This document shows positions 30,965 to 46,059 of a stretch of 64,000 nucleotides of DNA, piece after piece (the stretch's first letter is position 1; each line of letters begins with the position of its first letter). A program made the translations under genes and the position numbers. Below the pieces are notes generated by a model, which saw only the letters and a list, made by a program, of their open reading frames with translations, ran no database searches and was not told the origin of the DNA. Where the stretch lies: assembly GCA_951406725.2 (NCBI GenBank), contig OX597825.1:84134001-84198000 (forward strand), in the 5' to 3' direction. The DNA is from Octopus vulgaris. Taxonomy: Eukaryota.

Positions 30965-32094
30965 TTCACTTGTTTCATATCGTTTATCGATCACCTTACA
31001 AACAACTCGGCACTGTAAGCTACGAAATCGAATGTATCCCCATTATTTAGATATTAAATATCAGCTGTCTGCCTCGAACATGATGCATTCTGTCGCCAGT
31101 TCGCTCTCCGGTCGAGTATCCGATATCACTTCAACCTAACTCTATCTGCAAACTCCATTACTAATGGTAAGATCTAATTATCTAATTGTCCAAAGACATC
31201 CAAAGATCGCGTAATTTGTAACATATCTATTTCAGTTTATCTATAAGACATTTGGATTTATGGTATTTTCTTTGCAGTTAATATGTTTCATGGCGACATA
31301 TTCACAATACAAGGTTGTTACATTAAGACATGAATTAGTCGCCGAACGCTCTGTCAATGATTCCATTTTGATAAATTATCTGCCAGCTTTTATCTGGCTT
31401 TATTAAACTAATTACGAGAAGACACGGCTTTACTTTGCTAATTTTTTGTGGAAGTGGTTTATGTATGTATGTGTGTTAGCTGTGTGTGTGTGTGTGTGTG
31501 TGTGTAAAATTTGTCATCAAATTGTTCTGTATGTGTATTATCTTTGGTAGTTCGTCTTGTTGTTGTTACCGCTGTTCTACAACCCCGAGTCAGTCCAGCC
31601 CAAACAGACCAACGGTCAATGATTAAAGGCATTTCCGGCAGGTTTCTTTCGTCTTCCAGTCTAGCATAGTTTACCTTGGATAAAGCTATCAATTGTGTCT
31701 CTTTTCAAGATGGTTGAATACAATTTAGAGGAGATTTGACTATTATTTTTAGCAGCTGGAGTGACCATGAACAGTTTTCCTCGTTGACTCATAAATATTT
31801 CATTATAAGTAATGGTGGGCACGGCAGAGCAAATTGTAAACTGACCTCGAAGAATAGACATCGGATTTCCTATGCATTCTTTATTAAAGCCATTTAAATT
31901 CATTAACATGGCTACCACAGAGAACAAGAGCAAAACCTGTTCACTTCCCATCGTTTCATCGCTACAGTTACAAGATGTAATGCCTTGCAAAAAAGAAAAT
32001 CTCAAAGTATCAAGTGTCAAATTTTCTCACGTTAGGGGCCAGGGTATCAGGCTTTGCAGTAACTGGACATTGGTGACTTTGAGCCCTCGAAACA

Positions 32095-32292
32095 GGCTCA
32101 GTTACAGCATAATCCCACAGGATGGGACACCAGCCCGTTGCAGGGTTGATCATTTACAGGCTGAGTAGACTGCAACAATGCGAAATGAGTGATTTGCCCA
32201 AGAGCATAACGCACCACCCACGGCCTGGGAATCGAAACTACGACCTTACGATCGTGGGTGCCCCACTCAAATAACCAGACCTTGTGTCTTCC
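32095..32292 (-). mobile_element. SINE family C, decayed
   Basis: ggatgggacaccagcccgttgcag...ttgcccaagagcataacgc...gggaatcgaaact. Confidence 0.7.
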
Positions 32293-32374
32293 ATTGAAGG
32301 ATTGCAGATCGGAGGCGAATTTCTGTCGAGATTATATTTCAGGTTCGATTCTCATATGGAAGCATTTCTTCAGC

Positions 32375-32534
32375 GTAGAAGTGAGGTGGCTGAGTGGTAA
32401 GACGCATGCATCCCGAACATGTAGTCATGGTTTCAGTCCCACTCGGTAGCATCTTGGGCAATGTCTTCTACTAATCCCAGACAAACTGGTGTCCCGTGAA
32501 TCGACTGGTGGACAGAAACCGAAAGACGCCCATC

Positions 32535-32575
<41 letters not shown>

Positions 32576-32828
32576 CACGCACAGGCGTGCACACAGACAG
32601 ACACACACATATATATGTATGTGAATTTGCGTGTGTATGTGTGTGTGTTGTACCTTTATATTCTTACCCCATCAGCACTTCATATCCTCTATTGGTCTGT
32701 TTACATCCCTAACTATCGGTTGGGCAGAAAGAGATCGATGGAATAAATATTGGGGGGCGACTTGTTCGACTAAATATTCGATGACGTGCCCCAGCATGGC
32801 CGAAGTCCAATAACTGAAACGAGTAAAT
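32375..32828 (+). mobile_element. Full-length SINE family B, diverged
   Basis: A-box-like tggctgagtggt, ggtttcagtccc, catcttgggcaatgtcttctac, internal (TA)n, tail gtgccccagcatggccgaagtccaataactgaaacgagtaaa. Confidence 0.8.
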
Positions 32829-33414
32829 GCGTTTTTCAGGAACATACGAACTTAGTGACGAATCATCCATTTCCCTCATCCAAAAATAAGTTAGGACTCG
32901 TCAATGCGAACCATTATTTAATTCCCAAATAGCAAAGCTTGTTCCTATTTGTGTTTACGTCAGTGATTATTGGTTTACGTAGGTATTTTGAACACATTTT
33001 GTTTGTTTCTAGAATTTATAGAACAATATCGAAGTGGAAAAGAGGAGGAATGAGAAAAATGGCGATGCTAAAGTTGTACACTGTTCTATCGGAAGTAAAC
33101 AGGAATTCCAATTTTATTTACTTCGGTTGCAAACGGGATTAGATTTTCAAATCAAAAACTGACAGGTTGCGGAAAAGGTTATACAATGGATTATCGATAA
33201 AGAACAGTTTGGGAGGAAAATATTGGATTGAAAGTTTGTTGAAGAACACTGCAGCATCGACGCTACATGTTTACTACATGCTTTCTGTGTTTATCGTATT
33301 TCACTGGAAATAAAACAAGCAAAAAAGAAGAAAACTAGTCGCTGTTCATCTTTATAATTTCTATTTCTAAGTATATGTATATGTACGTATACATATACAT
33401 AAATATATGTATAT

Positions 33415-33501
<87 letters not shown>

Positions 33502-33506
33502 ATGTA

Positions 33507-33545
<39 letters not shown>

Positions 33546-34046
33546 ATATCTATCTATCTCTCTCTATATATATATACATATATAATTAATCAAATGACAT
33601 ACTAAGTATGTCTACCTGCTGAAAATAACAGTCAAAACTCATATTTAAATCGCCAAAATACTATACTGATAATACTACAGAAATCAACCGAAGTCAGACG
33701 GGCTAAGACAATCTCTCAGCATACATTCAATTATGTGGACTTACGTGGACCGTTTTCTGAACAGGCATATTAGCCTCGACTTCCTCAGCACGTGTTACCA
33801 TGAATGAGAGACCCAGCTCGTTACGTAGAAGTCTGCGCTGTAATAAATCCTTTTTGCGCCAAATCATGACAGCCATACGTGGGGAATTAACTTCAATACC
33901 GAGCAAGTAATTCACGAGAAAAATAATTCACGAGAAAATATTTGCGAAGATATTATTGACTCTGTTATTATTTAGTGCAACAATTTAAAAATGAGAATAA
34001 CAGAATCACTATATAAGTGGTTGCAGGCCCACCAAAATGCTATTTA

Positions 34047-34332
34047 ATGGATGATGATGATGATGATGATGATGACGATGGTGATGATGACGATGGTGAT
34101 GATGATGACGATGATAATGGTGATGATGATGACGACGACGAAGATGATATTGATGATGATGATGATGGTCGTGGTGATGATGACGATGATGATGATGATG
34201 ATGACGAGGACGATGATGATGATGACGATGGTGATGATTATGATGATGATGATTATGATGATGAGGATGGCGACGGCGACGACGACTACGAAGATGCTGA
34301 TGCTGATGATGATGTTGATGCCGATGCTGATG
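34047..34332. repeat. (GAT/GAC)n microsatellite
   Basis: Direct reading. Confidence 0.95.
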
Positions 34333-35266
34333 GTATAAATAAATGTTTCGGTAATGAGAGTAACGGATAATTCTGTCGTTGATGATAATAATGATCCTGA
34401 TTGTTTCCGGATACAGTATGGGTGGTTGTGATGATGGTAGCGATTCTAATGATACTTACGGATATGGTTGTTAGCTGTGATGATTGTGGTGATGGTTAAA
34501 ATTACAGATGTTATCTTTCACAAGACAATGGAAGATGGATTTGTCGTCAGACATGAATTGCCAGTTGATGTTTTTAGAGACGACGGTGAAGAACTCGATA
34601 ACAACTTAATAAGGAGTCTAAAAACAGCTAAAACACACACAGACACACACACATACACACATATGCTTACTCCAATTTACGAACATACACATACACATTA
34701 TACACACAAGTACTGACACACGGACACACACACACATATAGATGCACATATAGCGATTAACCTTACACTGATACATCACTGAGAAGTTTTATAACCATAT
34801 TTTATATAGAGACACGATTCTTTTTGTGCAACAAAGAACTTTAAACAGTCGGTATTCTCTGCAACTCATCTTCCTCATGAATGCGGCTCAGTTCCTACCG
34901 AAGAGGTCGAAATATTTCTAGTTATAATCTCCCTGTAACGTTTTTTAGACATGGCGTATTTTACCCATTTTAGACAGACCTGAGTGAAATTGCGAGCAGG
35001 TCACGTGATTATGTATTGATTGTCTTGTTGGTTTTTGGACCTTGTTTAACCCAGGGTTATCCGTAATCAAACAGAACTATGGCCGAAAGGATTCCAACCA
35101 TGGCCATAACATATTTTCTTAAATTAAGTATTGTATATCTAAGACTGCACAATTTCACGTACTTTTATATATATATACATATATACATATATAAAAAAAA
35201 AAGACGAAGACTGGTGTGTAAACAACAAACAGATGTATTAGTTTAACGCTCGGGAAGTAAGAAAAT

Positions 35267-35302
35267 CTTTTACATTTCGAGCCTACGCTCTTCGACAGAA
35301 AG
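35267..35302 (-). ncRNA. Variant/degenerate minimal hammerhead in a probable Penelope pLTR fragment (about 35200-35360)
   Basis: Minus strand CUUU CUGUCGA A GAGC GUAG GCUC GAAAU GUA AAAG. Confidence 0.55.
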
Positions 35303-35366
35303 GAACACAGAAATAAACAGGGAGAGAAAATAGAAAAAGTTGGATTAGTGGCTAGCGATCAAATTA

Positions 35367-35481
35367 ACTCACAAGGCTTTGGTTGGCTCGAGGCTATAGT
35401 AGGAGATACTTGCTCAAGGTGCCACGCACTAGAACTGAACCTGGAACCATGTGGTTGGTAAGCAAGCTACTTACCACACAG
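35367..35481 (-). mobile_element. SINE family B 5' half
   Basis: actcacaaggctttggttggctcgaggctatagtagg...ctgaacctggaaccatgtggttggtaagcaagctacttaccacacag. Confidence 0.85.
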
Positions 35482-36840
35482 GTAAATTTTAATTAGAAAA
35501 CATTGACAGTAAAGTTGATTTTCATGATCTGAATGTAGCTGGGACTTATTTAAACAGCAAAACCCACCTTGGTGACATTAAATACATAATGAGAGAGGTT
35601 AACAAATTAGGCCCAACAAAATATCAAACACACTGCTTCTTATCGTTTACACAACCGTACCATCACCAGCCTCTATCTATTATGTTATGTCTAATTCGCT
35701 GCCTGGTCTAACACCCTCACCAAATGGGTATTCAGTACATTTAAAAGTATTCATTCCATTGAAATTCTTTAAATCAGATCTCTGTTTCTCTCTATAAACA
35801 CGTTTGTGAAAGATTTGGCTGTTATTACTAGCAGGTCGAGCAACAACGTAGAAGCTTCTTCTCTGGTCTCGTAAAACCCTGGTTGATAAAATTGATAGTG
35901 AGATGTGGTGACATTCATGCTTTTATTCTAAGGGTTAATGATGTAGGTTGAGTAGATTGGTTTCCATCACATCATTAAGTCTAGGCATCGGCAATAAAGA
36001 AGCTTAACAGTATCTGAGGGCATGAAAAGGTGACTGGGGTGGTGTTAATTCTCTAACAGTCTTCTGGAACTTATAGGACCCCAGAGGTACATAAGTAAGT
36101 AGAAAGATAACGTGACCCATGCCTGCGCACGGAGCGTTTAGTGTGAAAGTGAATAGAATCAACTTCAATTGAGAACTGAATGCCTGCTGGGAAGCTAGTG
36201 AAACGGTAACTACAACACATTAGACAGAAATATAAACAGACCAAACATGATAGTTTTCTTTTCAGAAGAAATATTGCTAGTCACAAATTCAATCTACGTC
36301 TCATATTTTGTTGATATTATCTGGAATCTACATGTTGATAATAGTTTATTATTATTCATAATATTTGATATGTGATGCATTCAATATTTAATGGCGGCAA
36401 ACGAAACTAAATTACGACAGCGAATTCACACTGAAAATCAGTAATTGTAATAAGTTCATATGAAACTACTTGCATACAAATCATTGCAACTGAAATGAGG
36501 CGATTCGTTATCTGATTCCACTGCAAATAAAATCTCATTCTGTCGTTGCCGTGTTTCTTTTATAATGTCTCGTTCCCTCGTGGCTATCTTCTTCCTATTT
36601 CTTGTGGCTTTAATTATTCAATGGCTTGGGAATCATATCCATTTCGTTATAGTAATAATTTCTCTTGGCTTATATAACAAGTCGAGGAAGCGTCTTTAAT
36701 TGAATGTGCATCGTGTATCACTGATACTTATTTTACCGACCTCGGTAAGAGTTACGCACTAAAACTACTCTGGCAAAATTTGAACGTAGAACAATGAACG
36801 ACAAAACTAAATATTATGGGACATCTATTATATATATACA

Positions 36841-37369
36841 TTAACAGCGGAACTTGAGGTAGTTGAGCGGGGATACACCAGGAATATTGCATCAGTGGAA
36901 CTGCTGAGCGACTGAGGGAGACTGAAAGAGTGACGAGTGTACTTTCTGGGTCGAAGACGGAAGAGATCTGCAGTGATATACATATAGAAGGTTCTGAAGG
37001 GGTTGGCACCAAACTTTGGCACCGAGTGTTATACCAGTCCCCTAACTGGACGCCACTATATTGTTCCAAAGGTCCCAGCTATCCCGTTTAGAGTGAGGAA
37101 CATGTACTGCAATAGCTTGGGATTTAAGGGCCCACAGTTATTTAATACCTCACCAAAGCATCTGAAGGATCGTAGATGAAGTAAGGGTAGATATTTTCAA
37201 GGAACATCTTAACCTCATGCTGTCCAAATTCCCAATCAGAAGAGGGCAGCAAACTTCCTCTTTCACCAAAAGCTAACTGCATAAGAATGGTCATCGGAAA
37301 AGTGATTACACAGGCGGTGCTTCAGCATGGCTACAACATTTGGACTGAAACGCATAAAAGAATACAAGA
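36841..37369 (+). mobile_element. 5'-truncated CR1/L2-group LINE (ORF2 C-terminus plus 3' tail)
   Basis: Frame from 36841: ELEVVERGYTRNI...RLKE*RVYFLGRRRKRSAVIYI*KVLKGLAPN...SLGFKGPQLFNTSPKHLK; tail ggcggtgcttcagcatggctac...ctgaaac at 37313-37369. Confidence 0.85.
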
Positions 37370-38305
37370 CTATGAGATTAGTAATAGCCATTTCACTATA
37401 ATGTAAATCGATTAAAAGATAAGGTGTAGTGAATTTAAGATAAGATATGATAGAGACAAATAACTAGAAATGAATAAACACCACTGAATCGCTGGTGTGA
37501 ACAAATGTGTTTCTACGATGTCACTTCATCTTTAAGAAAAAGCAGACTCATCTCCCTCAAATCACACCTCGCCATCTGAAAACAAAAGGAAATTCACAAT
37601 TCATAATTTCTGATACACAAATATAACATGGTGTCGTAACGGCTGGAATACATTGTGATCATAGATATACTTAATCAAGAATTGAACCCAGGACCTAGTG
37701 GAACAGAATTAAATACGGTAAATTACTTAGCTCGGGACCTACTTCTTTGTTTTGTTTGTTTTTGTTAACTTATATCCTCCAGCTTTTGCCACGGTATTCT
37801 GGTAAACGAGAACCGTACGTTTCTATACGTTGCTGACGAGGGCTAACTCTTCTGTTTTTTAAAGATCCGAGCTGATATTCAAGTTGAACATTAACCGAAT
37901 TATTCCCAGAAATGTGAGAGAACCTGATCCAAAAGCGATGTTCACAGGTCGTTCATTTTATTATTTCTAATAAACATATAATTAAAAACGATAAAAATAC
38001 CTGATGTGCGTTTGACTTCTACTGTAAACGAATTCACTTGATCTACGTCAGTAACACTTACATAAAAGCATGAACATCAAACTCTGACTTCGAATTTAGT
38101 AAAACACGTTGGTGCTTTCACAAAGCAATGATCAGCAATGAACTCTAAGTTGTTGCTCGACCTGTTAGTAATAACAGTCAAATCTTAAATTACACCCTTA
38201 CTGGCTCTCACAGGAACATGGATAATGTAAATGTGAATTACTTGAATATGAACAAAAGACGTTCATGTCTGGAAAGTCTTCCGTCATATACCTAATGACC
38301 ATACA

Positions 38306-38562
38306 AAATAAATAAATGCGCCATTTTCAAAGCCTAGTCAGGCTCGCGGGCCCGGTTTCCCAGTTTCAATGGCGCATGTGTTCTCCAGCAGGACGGGACG
38401 CCAGTCCATCGCAGCGTTACTCACTTTTGCCAGCTGAGTGGACTGGAGCAATGTGAAATGAAGTGTTTTGCTCAAGAACACAACGCATCGCCCGGTCCAG
38501 GAATCGAAACCACAATCTTACGATCATGGTGCTGACACCATAACCGCTAAGCCACGCACCTT
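38306..38562 (-). mobile_element. Full-length tRNA SINE family C (Deu/Nin-domain-like)
   Basis: Minus strand A box tggcttagcgg, B box ggtttcgattcc, then gtgttcttgagcaaaacacttcatttcacattgctccagtccactcagctg...gcgatggactggcgtcccgtcc; domain name from recall. Confidence 0.85.
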
Positions 38563-38746
38563 CACCTAATGACCATGGGTTAAACAAAAACAACAGCAGC
38601 AACAATATGAAGTATTTTACGTGTGAGCAAGTGTAAACCTCGAGTTTAGTCGCACACTTCGATTATATAAAAATGGCGGTTATTGCTGAGATTTGTGTTT
38701 TAAGTTAATATCAATAATAAACAAACTACATTGGCTCGATTTTATT

Positions 38747-38806
<60 letters not shown>

Positions 38807-39639
38807 AATACCTTGGTAATCTACGTATGAGAAGCAGTGGATAAATAAACAAATAAATACAAATAATACAAATAAATATTTGTATTTCTCTCTTACTAAG
38901 TTTGTATTTCTCTCTTTCTAAGTTTATTTTTATTTTACATTATTGCATATTACGAAATTTATAAAGTGTGATTCTAATAGGAAGCGATAAAATCAAATAA
39001 ACCAATGTTTGTATAAATATATAAGCGTTAATTGCAATTTATTAATCGAACTAATACAAATCTTTTTTTCGATGATCCAGAAGATCTATTGAATATCAAT
39101 TATGTTTAGATATTTAGATCGCGCAAGATTTTATATAAAATCATTAAAAACAAATAATTTCTTAAAAAATTACTTTATTTCTTTAAGTTGTATGTGTTTG
39201 ACAATACGCCTAACATACACACACATACACTTACATGCACATACACACAGACGCAGGTACACTCAGACTTGTATATATACGCAAAATACATACAGGCATG
39301 AACACAAACATACACTTACATGCACACACACGCACGCACACGGACACACGCACCGACAAACATATACATTCTCGCATAATACATGCATATATAGTCACAC
39401 ACACACACACTTATACATACACGCACAATGCACACATGCATAAACACACACACAATCACACATACACACTTATACATACACGCACAATACATTCATGCAT
39501 AAGCACACACACAAACACAAACACTTATACATACATGCTAAATACACACATACATAAACACACACACACAAAAACACACATACAAACATACATACACGCA
39601 CAATACATACATGCATAAACACAAACACACAGAAACACA

Positions 39640-39680
<41 letters not shown>

Positions 39681-40207
39681 ATATTGCATATGAGTATGCG
39701 TGTATATATAAACACACACAAAGAGTTTCTTACATTTTTTAAGTGGCAGAAAGTTTTATGAAAGATACAAGACGCCAAATTTTCGTGCATAACATTTATC
39801 GAAACCGACTTAAAATTTGTGAGTTTCTTCTTATACAGAGTAAATTGCAATACTTTGTGAAAAGTTAGATTAAAAATTAATATTGGAGAGTCACGTGAAA
39901 CTCTCAAATTTCAAATAAATTGCCCGAGAGAATAGACTTGAGCGAAAATTGAAATACAGACGAAACACACACACATACATACAAGTGCAAGCTCTCTTCC
40001 TCACACACATACACACATAGACACGTACACACATAGGCGTATATGTACATAAAGAAACGGGTGCTTTTATATATGCAAATATTTATATGTAACTTTCTAC
40101 CAATCATAAAATGAAAAATATGCATACATACTCATTGCATTGGCTCTGTTTCTCTTCTTGGGTCTACAGAATCTATCGATTCATCTATAGAATATATATA
40201 TATATAT

Positions 40208-40430
40208 GGCGAGCTGACTGAAACGTTAGGCCGCCGGGTGAAATGCGTTGCCGTATTTCGTCTGCCGTTACGTTCTGAGTTCAAATTCCACCGAGGTCGA
40301 CTTTGCCTTTCATCCTTTCGGGGTCAATAAATTAAGTACCAGTTACGCACTAGGGTCGATGTAATCGTCTTAATCCGTTTGTCTGCCCTTGTTTTTCCCC
40401 TCTGTGCTGAGCCCCTTGTGGGTAGCAAAG

Positions 40431-40435
<5 letters not shown>
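40208..40435 (+). mobile_element. Full-length SINE family A (Meta-domain-like) in (TA)n
   Basis: gagttcaaattcc B box; gcctttcatcctttcggggtcaataaattaagtaccag resembles the Meta/Sauria-type core (recall). Further decayed copies near 22800-22960, 36705-36800, 41215-41390, 49700-49820. Confidence 0.85.
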
Positions 40436-40476
<41 letters not shown>

Positions 40477-40887
40477 GTGTACACTTAAAGACAAAAGAGG
40501 TGAGCCTTAACAGGTCGCCTTACATACTAGAAGTAGAAGGAACAGTCAAAAAGTCCAAACCACAGTTAAGAGCAATTTCGAAGGGAATAAAAAGTAAAAA
40601 TATTAAGCATTTTTTTTTTTTTACAGCCGGACTTTAGGTGGGAAACTTTAATTAGCAAATAAGATAATTTGCAAGGGGAAGTTCTCATCAGCGGGTACGC
40701 CAAACATTAACATATAAAGACAAAGTAAATATTAGAAATTTCCATTACCAGTGGCCCTAATAGTGGTTCGGAATTTTACTGTCCTTTCTAGCGTGCAGGT
40801 AGTCCTATGATGGCTACCTCTTATGTGTTTAAATGTACACTGTATTTATATATATATATACATACACACACACACACACACATCCTC

Positions 40888-40959
<72 letters not shown>

Positions 40960-42792
40960 ACCTATTGCCATTATCACAAAGAATAAGTTCTAGGGGGGCG
41001 ATTTCCTAGACTAAAGGCGGTGCTCCAGCATGGCCGCAGTGTCCAGCTACCGAGTAATATAAGTTGTTTTGACAAATAGTGCGATGCAATGTATTGGTCT
41101 TATGTCCTCAAAGAACAAGGAATTGGAATATTCTGAAAAATACAAAATATCTTATAATGAAATGTTAAATAAAAAGTAAAAAGTAAAAATTCCAAACGGA
41201 CATTGATCCTTCCTACTTTTGGAACAAGGACTGCAATTTGTTGAAGAGGTCAGGTCGATTACATCGACCCCAATATGTGACTGATTCACCAGTTCTCGAA
41301 TCAGTTGTATTTGAACTCAGAATGTGTAGAGACAAAAGAAATACTGCTTAGCCTTATTATTCCGATCCGCCATCAATTCTGCCAGCGCTCCATTTTATGA
41401 AGAAACCTTCATCCAATGTCGTTGTAACTTTGAAATGCCTGATTCAAAGACACTATGCCCTGCCCTGCCTAGGAACTCAAGGCGTTATGATCGGGAACCG
41501 TATACTATGACCACTATGTCACACACGTCCATACACGTGCACACATAAGGTTAGTTAAAAGAGACATGTTTAATGGCACCTAAAGACACAAGTTTTACAA
41601 GCTTCCTTTATGGTATTGAAACTCGATGTCATATTGTGTGTACAGAAATATAATATAAATAATGTCAGACAAAGGGAGAACAAATATTGAAATAGTTTCT
41701 TGGTGCAGTGAAATAAAATAAATAACTCAGACAATATTATTATAAATGTTAGACTATTTCGAAAATCTCAACAAAATAGAAGTTAAAATAACGATTTCAT
41801 TTCCGTTTGAGTAGTTAAAGGTTGCGGTTCTTAAACGTTGTGTGAAATTACCTTTTACTTATAGCAAACAATGTATGACTTTGTAGTCTTCTGATAAATT
41901 GTCGATGCATTTTTTTTCTAAGTTTATTTGCAATGTATGGAAATTATGAGAAAACATACATTGCCAAACATCGCCGTTTTCAATGGAGGTTTGGATTCGA
42001 AAGAAAAATTTATCGTCGATGACAGTTTAAAATTCCAAATATGTTTTTAAAGTGTTATGTAAACTAAACCACATTCTGACTAATAATATATCAATTTTAG
42101 AGAGACAGATAGAACGAGAAAGAGAAGTAGAAAAGTAATGACCAAAGAGAAGAAACGACAGCAAACAACGATAAAAATAAAGATCTATTTGGGAAAAAAA
42201 AACATAGAACATAAACAAAAGAAAAACCTACAGAAAAAGAAAATGAACAGAGAAATGATAAAATAAAGATGACGATTCGAGATATACCAACATTAATAAT
42301 ACTTGTGCCATCTGCCGAGGACTTTTTAATTTTATGGAAGAGCATATCTTTGAAAATATTTCTAAAGCTAAAAATCTCATTTTTATAAAATATTACACAA
42401 GAGAAGAAAAATGAATAAAAAACACCGAAAACCGGAAGCAGATGTTAAGAATTTTCATCGAATCTTAAATGGAAAGTTGGTAAAAGATATTCCAGAACTA
42501 TTTTCTCTTTTACTCCTTATTTTATTTTGGAACAAATGCCATATGTCATCGCCAAACTGAAAAAAAAACACACACACACACACATGTATATTTACAAATA
42601 TATGTTCATGTGAGATATATATATATATACATATATATATATTGTGTGTGTGTTTTATGTGTGTGTATGCGCGTGTGTGCGCATAATCACATTTCACACT
42701 CGCATCTGTTAATCTGTGTATGAGAAAATAAGTAAATAATAGCAGATATTTGAATTTGGTAGAAGTTAAGAATGATGGTGACTATGATGATT

Positions 42793-42834
<42 letters not shown>

Positions 42835-42842
42835 GTGATGAC

Positions 42843-42873
<31 letters not shown>

Positions 42874-42900
42874 TATCTTTAGATAAGGCAGAATATGGTT

Positions 42901-42952
<52 letters not shown>

Positions 42953-42975
42953 CATATATACATATATATACACAC

Positions 42976-43008
<33 letters not shown>

Positions 43009-43027
43009 CATATATACACATATATAT

Positions 43028-43072
<45 letters not shown>

Positions 43073-43091
43073 CATATATACACATATATAT

Positions 43092-43135
<44 letters not shown>

Positions 43136-43329
43136 GTATTATATGATGTGGCAATTTCCCAGCTGCCGCATATCCCTAGAATCCCAGTTTAAAAGAAAGG
43201 AAACAAGAAAGAAAAGAAGAGGTTTACTGACGTTGAGTGGAGAAATGCACATTCTGGGGCTGTGACATAAGAGGTACGTTATTGTGGGGCGCAGTGTTGC
43301 CGTACTTGGCTGCTGGATGTCGTTGTTTC

Positions 43330-44296
43330 TGCTGCTGTTGTTGATGATGATGATGATGCTGATGATGGTGATGATGATGATGGCAGTGTTGATGATGAGG
43401 TGGGAGACTAAGATGTGAAAGAAACGGTAGACGACGACGACGACGACGAAGACATTGATGGGGAAGACGAGCACGAAGGAACATAACGACGAAAATGATT
43501 GTTAAAATGACGATGATGTTGATGGTGATGATGATCATGATGGCGATGACGACGACGATGATGATGATGATGATGATGATCATGATCATGATCATAATGA
43601 CGGCGTTGACGACGATGATGATGATGATGACGATGACGATGATGATGAGGATTATGGTGATGATGATCATGATGATTATGATGATGGTGATGATAGTGAT
43701 GATTATGATGATGACGACGACGATGATGATGAGGATTATGATGATGATGATGATGATTATAATGACGGCGTTGACGATGACGATGATGATGATGATGATG
43801 CTGCTCCTGATGATGACAACGACGACGACATTGACAATGATGACAATGATGCAGCTGATGCTGGTAGGGGTGGTGATGATGATGACGATGATAACGACGA
43901 TGATGGTGATGATGATGACGTTGATGATGATGACGATACTGGTGATGATGATGCATACACTGATGTATATTGCCGATACAGTCAACGTTGCCATAGCGTT
44001 TCCCGTAAACTTCGCCATGTTTACTGTTGGTGTTGTTGTTGTTATTGCTACTAGTGTTTCTGTTCTTGTTGTTGATGTTGGCGTCATTGTGCAGTTGCTG
44101 TTGTTGTTACTCTGACTGTCGTTATACGTTTCAGCCCGATTCTATTTTTTGCTTTTGCTGTTCTTTATTAGATCCAATTCGGTTTAGTCTTGCTTACGTT
44201 GATGATGTTGCTGTCATTGCGGTCTCAGTGAATGCATCGTCATCATCTTCATCATCACCATCATCATCATCATCATCATCATCATCGTCATCATCG

Positions 44297-44342
<46 letters not shown>

Positions 44343-44583
44343 AAGCATCGTCGTCATCGTCGTCATCATCATCATCATCATCGTCATCATCGTCATCATC
44401 ATCATCATAAGCATCATCATCATCATTAGCACCGACATTATTATCATCATCACCATCATCAAAATTAGCACGACGTCATCATCATCATCATCATCATCGT
44501 CGTCGTCGTCATCATCATCATCATCGTCATCGTCATCATCGTCATCATTGTCATCATCGTCATCATCATCATCATCATCATCA
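43330..44583. repeat. (GAT)n then (CAT)n degenerate microsatellite fields in opposite orientation
   Basis: GAT-rich 43330-43952; CAT-rich 44235-44583. Confidence 0.9.
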
Positions 44584-44744
44584 GGAAATATTGAATGCTT
44601 TCACTGGTTCGTGTTTGGCAACTGGGAAGAATATAAAACAAAATTATGCGAGCAGATGAAATTTCAAATGCATTTTTGCAACCCAACCCACATGCACATA
44701 CACCTGCACTCAACTGCACACACGCACACGCACACACACACACA

Positions 44745-44784
<40 letters not shown>

Positions 44785-44881
44785 AATACATATACATTCA
44801 AGGAATTCATGTCATGCATACAACTGATGTTAAAATGTTACTGGGTTATAGGAACTAAAAATAAATGGTAAGGAAGTTGTC

Positions 44882-44975
44882 AGGCGCAGGCGTGGTTGTG
44901 TGGTAAGAGGTTTGCTTTCCAAGTACATGATTCTGGGTTCAGTCCCACCGTGTGGCATCTTGGACAAGTATCTAC
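44882..44975 (+). mobile_element. SINE family B head
   Basis: aggcgcaggcgtggttgtgtggtaag...gggttcagtcccaccgtgtggcatcttggacaag. Confidence 0.8.
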
Positions 44976-45110
44976 ATATATATAGATTCCAAAATTTAAA
45001 AACGCAATAAATTACAAAATAAAAAAAAATACGACGGGAACTTAGTTGTCAGCCCAATATATAGGGAAGACATCTAGGAGCATTGCGGAACGACTAAATG
45101 ACAATTAGAG

Positions 45111-45162
<52 letters not shown>

Positions 45163-45567
45163 ACACTCACAAATGCACGTCGTACACACCCACGCATTTT
45201 TCCGCTATAATTTTCGAAGTAGACATGAGAGAAATAATTTTTGATTTGGACGTCGGTTTTCCTTTTAACGTGAAGCAAAGCAAAGAATCAGAGAAGCATC
45301 AAGCGAACCTCGAATCAGTTCCTTCACCATAAACACCGGAATATTGCTTTATAAATATATTGAACTGGCCATGTGTTATATTCTTATTGATCGAGCAGAC
45401 AAATAAATATAAATATGTTTTTATCAGGAAGCAGAACACAAAGAGTTTGTTTGAAATCTATCAAAAGTTAGTTACATGCATTGCACTTCGAATTGCAATT
45501 TATATTTGCATCACCGATACAAGCATCCACCACAAACCTGAAAAAAGAGAACAGACACAGACGACCG

Positions 45568-45872
<305 letters not shown>

Positions 45873-45970
45873 ATGTGTCTATGCATACACACATACACGC
45901 GGGCGAATCAAACTTTTAGCTTCAAATTTAATAAAAACTATACACATAAACATACGTACATATGTGCTTC

Positions 45971-46059
<89 letters not shown>

